From Eledone cirrhosa (Eukaryota), in NCBI GenBank assembly GCA_964016885.1, contig OZ024741.1:310558001-310622000 (forward strand): a DNA stretch of 64,000 nt, in the 5' to 3' direction. The position numbers and the translations under genes are program-made. Every line of letters starts with the position of its first letter. Position 1 is the stretch's first letter. Below the pieces are notes generated by a model. It was not told the DNA's origin and did not search any database. It was given only the letters and a program-made list of their open reading frames with translations. Below, piece by piece: positions 55,939-64,000 of this stretch.

Positions 55939-56004
55939 AGTTAATGTTGTTAATGCAATGTCATGTCTCTTTACAAGCTAACCCAAACATTCCTACCCGA
56001 CATT
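55935..56004 (-). pseudogene. Decayed EGF pseudo-exon: ECRVGMFGLACKET*HCINNINCD, then (TA)n
   Basis: tttcag acceptor retained, Cys codon changed to TGA at 55961-55963, 3' half lost. The adjacent intron matches 14900-15245, and 51830-52040 matches the downstream intron of the other cassettes. Confidence 0.85.
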
Positions 56005-56405
56005 CTGAAATTAGCAGTATAGATAATAATGTTGCAGATATCCTTATGTACATATTGGTATAAATGAGAAAACGATTATACAATTTTATACCATATCAAT
56101 ATTTTTGAGATTATGACAAACGTATGAAACTGAATACGACTATTGAATAACATATCAATACACTACATGACACTGAGAGATTATATTTGAATATAATATT
56201 CCAAAACCATATGGAAGTAACAATCAATATAAGTAGCAAAATTACATTCACAAATATTTAAAATCTAACACTACTTATCAGTTTCTGCGTTATTTATCAC
56301 TGATATTCTTACATTTAATGACAATAAATAAAATAATATATATATAAAATTGAAAAAGTGAAGAATAACATGGTCAACAGTATAAAGAAGGAAATTTATT
56401 TACAG

Positions 56406-56508
56406 TCTAACAATTGTTTCTATGATGGAGTTGTCTAAAGATTGCTAAACACTGAAGTTAGTGGCACTCAATTTAAAATACATGCAACCCATATCATTTC
56501 GTCAGAGA
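56406..56508 (-). ncRNA. Type I HHR with long stem II in a PLE pLTR remnant
   Basis: UCU-CUGACGA-AUGAU/AUCAU-GAAA-CAAUUG-UU-AGA. Confidence 0.6.
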
Positions 56509-56998
56509 ACTGAGAAAAAATACAAAATATATGCTTAACGGTAAATTTATAAATTCAAATTACTACGTCAATAATAATAGTAATAATAAAGATATAGAGA
56601 GAAATAAAGGAAGGGGGACAGATGGAAAGGAGGGGGAAAAAGAAAGACGAAAGAGAAAACGAAAATACAGCTAAATGCATAACCGGCAAAATTACGAAAT
56701 CAAACTATCACATCAAAATAAAGATAATATTAATAATAAAGATAAAGATAGAAAGAAAAAAAAGGGGGGGGGGATAGATGTATTAGAGGTAGAGAAGAAA
56801 AAGAAGGATGGATAAGGAAAAAGAGAAAGAGATAGAGAAAGATGAAGAAGGAAAAGGAAATCAGGTAGAGACAGTAATTGTTGATGAATACAGGCAGAGA
56901 TAGGATGGAGAGAAGGAGGAAGATAAACAGACAGACGAATATACATTAATACAAGAATAAAAGCAAGTAAAAGATAGAGATTTAAGTATAGAAACAAA

Positions 56999-57029
<31 letters not shown>

Positions 57030-57399
57030 AAGGATAGATAAATAAGCAGATAGATGAGTAAATAAACAATTTACATTTATTGTGATATAAAATGGTATAA
57101 TATCTGAAACGTAGAGATGAGAATAAATAAATAAATAAATAAATGCGTTGAAGAGACTAATAAGAGTAGTATTAATGTTGTTAATGTTATTGCGAATAGT
57201 TATTAATGATTATAAAATATAGATAGATGTAAAGTTGAAAATATTATAATATTGGATATATTTATGTTTGTTTTGGATATTTTAATAAGTACGTTAACTA
57301 GTTTAAGATGTATTACATGATAAGATAAAATGATCGAGATGAAATACGTTTAAGTAGAGAAATGCAAAGACAAATGGTGAAAGATAGAGGTGTATAAAA

Positions 57400-57587
57400 T
57401 AATAATTGTTTCTACTTTTGGCACAAGGCAAGCAATTACACAGTACATTACTGGTACTTTATTTTATCGACCCCGTAAGGATGAAAGTTAAAGTTGACCA
57501 CGGCAGGATTTGAACTCAGAATGGAAAGGGCCGTAACTCTATGCGTCAAATCATGACGTCCGACCCTCTACCGATACTACCAATCCA
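57400..57587 (-). mobile_element. SINE
   Basis: Reverse complement of the SINE consensus. Confidence 0.85.
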
Positions 57588-57739
57588 ACACATAAAATAA
57601 TAATGAAAATGCAACAGTTTCTGATCTTGTTCTTTGGTAATTATAAAGGTGACAATGGTGCTGATAATGTAATATCGTAATAGATTCTAATGGTATAAAA
57701 GGGATAAGGAATAGAAAATGGAATTAAGTTGGTCTAAAG

Positions 57740-58015
57740 TTCTCGAATTTCGTTGCTGATTTGTGCCGGCAAAAAATAGTTCGTTCAATTCTACTGTTAA
57801 GAAGAGTTTTTCTGAATTTAAGAATTTGGAAAAGCTCCATAATACAGATCCTGCAATGGGACATATCAGTTTGATAGGCCTTTGCTTATAACAATATTGT
57901 CCAACTGATCTCGTATTCAATGCTTGCATTCCTGAGTTGCCAGATTTTGTTGGCGAGAGTTGTTGTATTTGATTGATTCTTATTAATCATCGAATGTCTG
58001 TGCACGTACCACCGT
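57740..58015 (-). mobile_element. PLE GIY-YIG C-terminal fragment
   Basis: TLANKIWQLRNASIEYEISWTIL on the minus strand. Confidence 0.7.
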
Positions 58016-58092
58016 TTTTTAAATTTTTTAATATATATATATATAGAAATGTTTTAATATATATATATAGAAATTTTCTAATATATATATAT

Positions 58093-59665
58093 ATTATTTA
58101 AATCGTTTTTTAATTTATTTAGTAAATTGTTTGATAACCGCTTGCTCCGCTCTTTTTATATTGTTCTGGTATCTCAAATTAGTACCATCGAACCACAAAT
58201 ATTATAAACACCTTGCATATTTCTACAAGTACTTAGTACCTGTTGAAGTATTCATCCACTTTTATAATTTTTCTCCTTATGTAGAGAACAAAACGTTGAA
58301 TAATGCTACTAATTTTAGTGGCAGTATCAACACGTTTATAATAAACAGCTATTATCTGCGACCTGATTTTGTGTGTGTGTCATTTTAACGGCTTGACCGC
58401 ATGCGTTGGGCAGGAAGAGAAATATATTACTTTCTGTAAGGTTGGCAACCTTATAGTATGGAAATAAGCTGTCTGAAGATCCATTTCTTTCCATTGGAAA
58501 TTCTCTGGATTTACAATGTTTGGAATGGTGAAAACGTCGGTAACAGCAATAGAACGGGTGATTATTTAAATCGTTTTTTAATTTATTTAGAAAATTGTTT
58601 GATAACCGCTTGTTCCGCTCTTTTTATATTGTTCTGGTATCTCAAATTAGTACCATCGAACCACAAATATTATAAACACCTTGCATATTTCTACAAGTAC
58701 TTAGTACCTGTTGAAGTATTCATCCACTTTTATAATTTTTCTCCTTATGTAGAGAACAAAACGTTGAATAATGCTACTAATTTTAGTGGCAGTATCAACA
58801 CGTTTATAATAAACAGCTATTATCTGCGACCTGATTTTGTGTGTGTGTCATTTTAACGGCTTGACCGCATGCGTTGGGCAGGAAGCGAAATATTTACTTT
58901 CTGTAAGGCTGGCAACCTTATAGTATGGAAATAAGCTGTCTGAAGATCCATTTCTTTCCATTGGAAATTCTCTGGATTTAAAATATTTGGAATGGTGAAA
59001 CCATCGGTAACAGCAATAGAACAGGTGATTATTTAAATCGTTTTTTAATTTATTTAGAAAATTGTTTGATAACCGCTTGTTCCGCTCTTTTTATTTGTTC
59101 TGGTATCTCAAATTAGTACCATCGAATCACAAATATTATAAACACCTTGCATATTTCTACAAGTACTTAGTGCCTGTTGAAGTATTCAACCACTTTTATA
59201 ATTTTTCTCCTTATGTAGAGAACAAAGCGTTGAATAATGCTACTAATTTTAGTGGCAGTATCAACACGTTTATAATAAACAGCTATTATCTGCGACCTGA
59301 TTTTGTGTGTGTGTCATTTTAACGGCTTGACCGCATGCGTTGGGCAGGAAGCGAAATATTTACTTTCTGTAAGGCTGGCTACCTTATAGTATGGAAATAA
59401 GCTGTCTGAAGATCCATTTCTTTCCATTGGAAATTCTCTGGATTTACAATATTTGGAATGGTGAAACCATCGGTAACAGCAATAGAACAGGTGATTATTT
59501 AAATCTTTTTTTAATTTATTTAGAAAATTGTTTGATAACCGCTTGTTCCGCTCTTTTTATATTGTTCTGGTATCTCAAATTAGTACCATCGAACCACAAA
59601 TATTATAAACACCTTGCATATTTCTACAAGTACTTAGTGCCTGTTGAAGTATTCATCCACTTTTA
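58093..59665 (+). mobile_element. Tandem array of 467-bp HHR-containing units (~3.3 copies), non-LTR retrozyme-like
   Basis: Near-identical units with HHRs at 58468-58547, 58935-59014 and 59401-59480. Non-coding, with (TA)n at both ends. Confidence 0.9.
58935..59014 (+). ncRNA. Type I HHR, canonical core (3 tandem copies)
   Basis: GCUGU-CUGAAGA-U-CCAUU/AAUGG-U-GAAA-CCAUCGG-UA-ACAGC. Confidence 0.85.
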
Positions 59666-59688
59666 TATATATATATATATAGAAATTT

Positions 59689-60355
59689 GATTTCGCTTCA
59701 AGCATAGATTTATACAAATATGTATAGAAATTTCGTATTTCTAAAGAAACACGGGATGTTTACAGGAAACATTTAGGAAGCCGTAGCTATGCAAACACCG
59801 GGGCTAACGTCCTCTGGTGCTGTCCAACAGAAGGAAGGGGGACAACCGTCTATGCATTTCAGGCTTGACTGGCATTCATCAGTTGCAAGCAGTGGGATGG
59901 ACCGTCCTGATGAAAGCCAGTCAAGCCTGAAAAATAGACGGTCTCTCCTCTTACTTCTGCTGGAACCACTACGGCTTCCTAAATGTTTCCTGTAAACATA
60001 CCGTATTTCTTTAGGAATACGAATTTTCTATACATATTGTATAAAGCTATGCTTGAAGCGAAATCTTATTTCTATTCTATTATAAGTTGAGCCAACTTAT
60101 GCAGCTTCATATGCAAATGAGATTAATCACCTCATTTACACAGACGAGAAAACTATATATTCTCGACTGTTCCCTAAATCCAGAAGTTGCAAGCGGTGAG
60201 AGAGACCGTCCTGATAAAGGCCAGTCAAGCCTGAAATGCATAGACGGTTGTCCCCATTGCTTCTGCTGGACACCACCAGAGAGCGTTAGCCCCGGTGTTT
60301 GCATAGCTACGGCTTTCTAAAACCGTTTTTCATTAGAAATACGAAATTTCTGTAC
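59689..60355. mobile_element. HHR element: fold-back 59689-60065 plus a tandem copy 304 bp downstream
   Basis: Plus-strand HHRs at 59901-59942 and 60205-60248 (ACCGUC-CUGAUGA/CUGAUAA-AGGC/GCCU-GAAA-UGCA-UA-GACGGU consensus), with an inverted partial copy at 59855-59882. Confidence 0.85.
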
Positions 60356-60670
60356 ACACACACATATATATATACTCATTTACTCTTTTACCTGTTCAAA
60401 CCATCCGGCTGAGCCCATCCTTGGGCACCGCACTTTTATATATATAAATCCGCCCTTTATATATATAAATCAAAGAAAGTGTGGTAAGAAACCAGGTGGA
60501 TCATAACGCACCAGAGTACTCTGATCTAGCTGTCGAAGATCAGCCTGCGAGGTGCTGACTCTTTTCTTTGCAAGAGATGTAAACATGAATGCACCTGTTA
60601 TTTTTATCTAAAGACATTTTTTAAAATTCCATCCCGCCGGTTCCCTTAATCTATCTTATTTCTCATTCTT

Positions 60671-60706
60671 TCTTCTGATGAAGGACCAGCGTCCGAAACG
60701 TTAAGA
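60671..60706 (+). ncRNA. Minimal type I HHR
   Basis: UCUU-CUGAUGA-A-GGAC/GUCC-GAAA-CG-UU-AAGA. Confidence 0.8.
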
Positions 60707-60787
60707 CCCTCTTCCTGCTATATCAAGCGTTAAACTAATATATCCCTTCCATATACTGTTCTGAATGTGTTGTTATTTCTGTTTACC

Positions 60788-60889
<102 letters not shown>

Positions 60890-60938
60890 TTGCGGATCTT
60901 AGACAGGTTCGGTTGACGGCACTTCCTGACATGTAAAG

Positions 60939-63403
60939 CAACGTTTCCCAACATATGCGATATCACTCGATGGTGGCGATTCCAACTATTGCACGTGCAG
61001 TGTGCAACCGAACGGAAAATGGTTGGTAATTGGAAAGTTTTGTGGTGGATATGGGATTTTGAGTATTATGGTGTTTTAACATGTTACCCGAGAAAGATAT
61101 TCAAAGGAGATGTACAAAGAACCCGTTTAACAAAACCGGACGCTATACGAGAAACAAATCCCGAGATAAGATGTGAACAATCCAGCAAGCAAGGGATATT
61201 TTGGTATTTTCTATAGTTTTAAGAATGTCCATTAACATTCAAATAGTTCTTTGGATGAAATATGTATTTTTCGCATATAAATCAGGTATGGGAAGACCAA
61301 GAATAACTTTTCTAGTAAAATTATCAAATGACTTCAGAAGAAAATTTCCAACGCCAGCACCGATATCGCACATAAAATTGACACACGCGATGACCAGTAA
61401 GAACTATGACGACAGGCTGTTGACAAGGAAATGCGGACGATAATACCAGGAACAATATGAGAATCCCAAGATGGTAACTATCCATAACTCAAACCACATG
61501 CTCATATAAACAGAAAGCCATTTGATCTTGTTGGATTGTATTGATTGGCAAATGATTGAAACGCTCTTGTCTTCTTGTATTTGTGGATTAGTGACACAGA
61601 CATCCAGTAGCAATATAACATATTGAACGAACAATTGTTTCAGTGTAATTTACAATATTTAAACACCTCGATGTCGCCATTTAACAATATTTGTGGCCAA
61701 TACAGCATTATTATTTTATGGAGTTATCGCTTCACCACAGAGCACTCAACCAAACTTTAGACAATGAAACCTTCACTATAAAATATCATATATATTCTAA
61801 TCATGCCAACCAGATGCAACAACCACCTTTATCATATTTCTGCCAACTTAAAGCTTCTTTCGAAAAGCATCAAATGTCTGAATTTCAGAAAGTAATTACG
61901 CAGCAAATAAAGTGACGATTGCCTCAAAGATCCGTACGTCGCACACATTATGTAAAACATTACTTCTATCTATTATTGAAGAAGTTCCCTCAACTGTAAT
62001 GCATAACAAATCACATTATGAGGATATTTCCAGTTAGTGATAACAATTTCTCGCCGTATAGGTGAATAACTATCAACGTCCAAAATACTCTAATCCATTA
62101 TCTCCGGAGTTGTGAATTTTTCATACAAGTTATAGAACCAACAAATGTAAGAAATCAATCCTTGATTAAAATGTATGTTCGTATTTTTAGATGAACATAT
62201 TCAAATATTTGGGTAGATGCTGTTTAGTGACCAATTGTTGATTGACCCAAAGGCACGTCTATTTTAGATTTATTAAAGCTATTTTGCAATGAGCCATAAC
62301 ATTCATTGAACAATATTGCTGACTGTGCAATTGATGGAGGGGAGCGCATGTTTCATTAGGTAAATATAGAAGTTTCTCTTCTCTCTTAAAACTTGGATTA
62401 TGTCATCCTGTTTCAATAGTCAATTGTATGGTTCAGAGGCAGCAATTAGAGGCAAAAATAACAACGGGAGGCTTTGCTGATGTCCTGCAGTTAGTTGATG
62501 AAACTGTGAACAAGCTAAAATCGAATTCTTTGTCTGAACGAAATTTCCGTCCACTCAGCCCTGATAAGGTTGATGACTATGTGAGGCTTTTGTACCATAT
62601 TGAAGTACGATGGTTGTCAAAAAGCATCTGTGTTGTCAGTTTTGTCGATCTTTTTGAAGTAATATTTTTTTATACACTCCACTATACAATTCTCTGATTA
62701 TTTCAAAATATGATATTCTTTCCTTAGTGACTTATTCGAAAAAGTAAATGATCTCAATACCTTATTACAAAGTAAAATACGCTTTCCAACTGTAAATCGC
62801 CTTCAATGCTTTCATTTCTAAAATAACACTATATAAGATAAATGTTTCGTGGGGATCAAGTCCATCAATTTCAACGATTGAACAGCTCGAAAGATGAATT
62901 CATTGATGAGGATGTCATTACATATCACAATTATTTGCTACCATTGCATGATGACATGGTACAGATTTCAGGATATTATCGCATTGTCAGTTCCAGTTTT
63001 GGATAACAACCCGTTTGAAGTAATCGATTGCAAAGACTATGTGCATGACGAATTGATTTACAAGATGACACTGATGCCACAATGCGCTATCGGTTTTAGG
63101 GTAATCACGTCTTGAGGTATTATCAAAATATAGTGACATATTTTCCAAACCTAATAAAAGTTAATAAAATACAGTTTTCTTCTATAATATGGTAATAGCA
63201 GCATCAGCAGTCGCATAAGTCAGCGTTATTTGTTACCCCACTTTGATATTTTTTATGACATTATAAAATGTTAGTTTACGAGTAACTACCAAACTTTTAC
63301 CAAATATTTTTGGTATACTTTCGAATATTTACGATATAGATAGGCGGCGAAAAATGTTTCCATGTGGAAGTGGGCGATGATGTAAAAAGTTTGGAAAACC
63401 CTG
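60939..63403 (+). mobile_element. Decayed hAT DNA transposon (Buster/Charlie-like)
   Basis: LLYHIEVRWLSK motif in ORF 62428-62697. Termini CAACGTTTCCCAAC / GTTTGGAAAACCCTG resemble Charlie TIRs. Both 8-bp flanks have a central TA but are not identical. Confidence 0.7.
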
Positions 63404-63499
63404 TAGTAGAATATATCAAGCACATTCAAAGTTTAGTACCCCATTCCACGGTTGCAGTGCCAACACAAGGACTTCTGCAAGATATCAATCTGTCATGGA

Positions 63500-64000
63500 G
63501 CGATAGTTTGCAGCAAGAGAGCAGTTAGTTGATTCTCATTGACACATATAATCTTTCGAGGACGTCATCGTTCTTTTCCGACACTAATCCTCTATAGAAG
63601 GCCATATTGGAGTTTGTAGAGAGCGCAGTGCCCGATTGGTAGTCAAGCACTCTTTCGCGGCTTTGTTTCACCCAGGATTTCAGTATCGTGAAGGAGGTGA
63701 GCTGAGGAAAGACGATCACACCTGATCACCGTCACGAAAACACTGGATATGGACCTACCTCCCCATGTGCTACAGTTATTGCCTTGCACACGCGTGAGCG
63801 ATGCCTAAGATGTGACAGAGTGTATCTCTTATGGACTGAGTTAATAATACGGAACGGCGCTGTATTTGCAGCGATCTATCCCCTGAAAAGTCCCCATGAC
63901 CGAATGCCTTAAAGAACGCAGTCAGGTACCGATGGTCGACATCATCCAAAGTTTTCAATTGATCTGAGATTATTAGTGCCCTATCCAGGACAGTTTCTCA
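63500..64000 (-). mobile_element. Degraded L1/Tx1 RT fragment
   Basis: KTLDDVDHRYLTAFFKAFG resembles KAFDRVDHRYL..L..FG. Confidence 0.55.

Overview
Eukaryotic, AT-rich, microsatellite-dense DNA. The tRNA-derived SINEs look like octopus SINEs, so an octopod cephalopod is inferred. The backbone is a minus-strand, intron-rich gene that the ORF track largely misses. It encodes an EGF/laminin-EGF-repeat single-pass receptor (MEGF10/Draper-like): three recently triplicated 135-bp EGF exons, a 132-bp EGF exon, a 91-bp TM exon, a 283-bp cytoplasmic exon, a candidate last exon and one decayed EGF pseudo-exon. The splice phases are mutually compatible. The triplicated exons differ almost only at nonsynonymous sites. 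The introns are packed with Penelope-like elements (PLEs) of at least three lineages, several inserted in (TA)n tracts. About 20 type I hammerhead ribozyme (HHR) motifs occur in pLTRs, in retrozyme-like tandem arrays (467, 593 and 304 bp units) and in near-perfect fold-back palindromes, and three unrelated families share a compensatory U3:A8 core variant. Also present are Tx1/L1 fragments, a decayed hAT (Buster/Charlie-like) element, Helitron-like elements, SINEs and a 320-bp satellite. All calls were made by eye, repeat boundaries are approximate, and clade names come from remembered motifs rather than searches.
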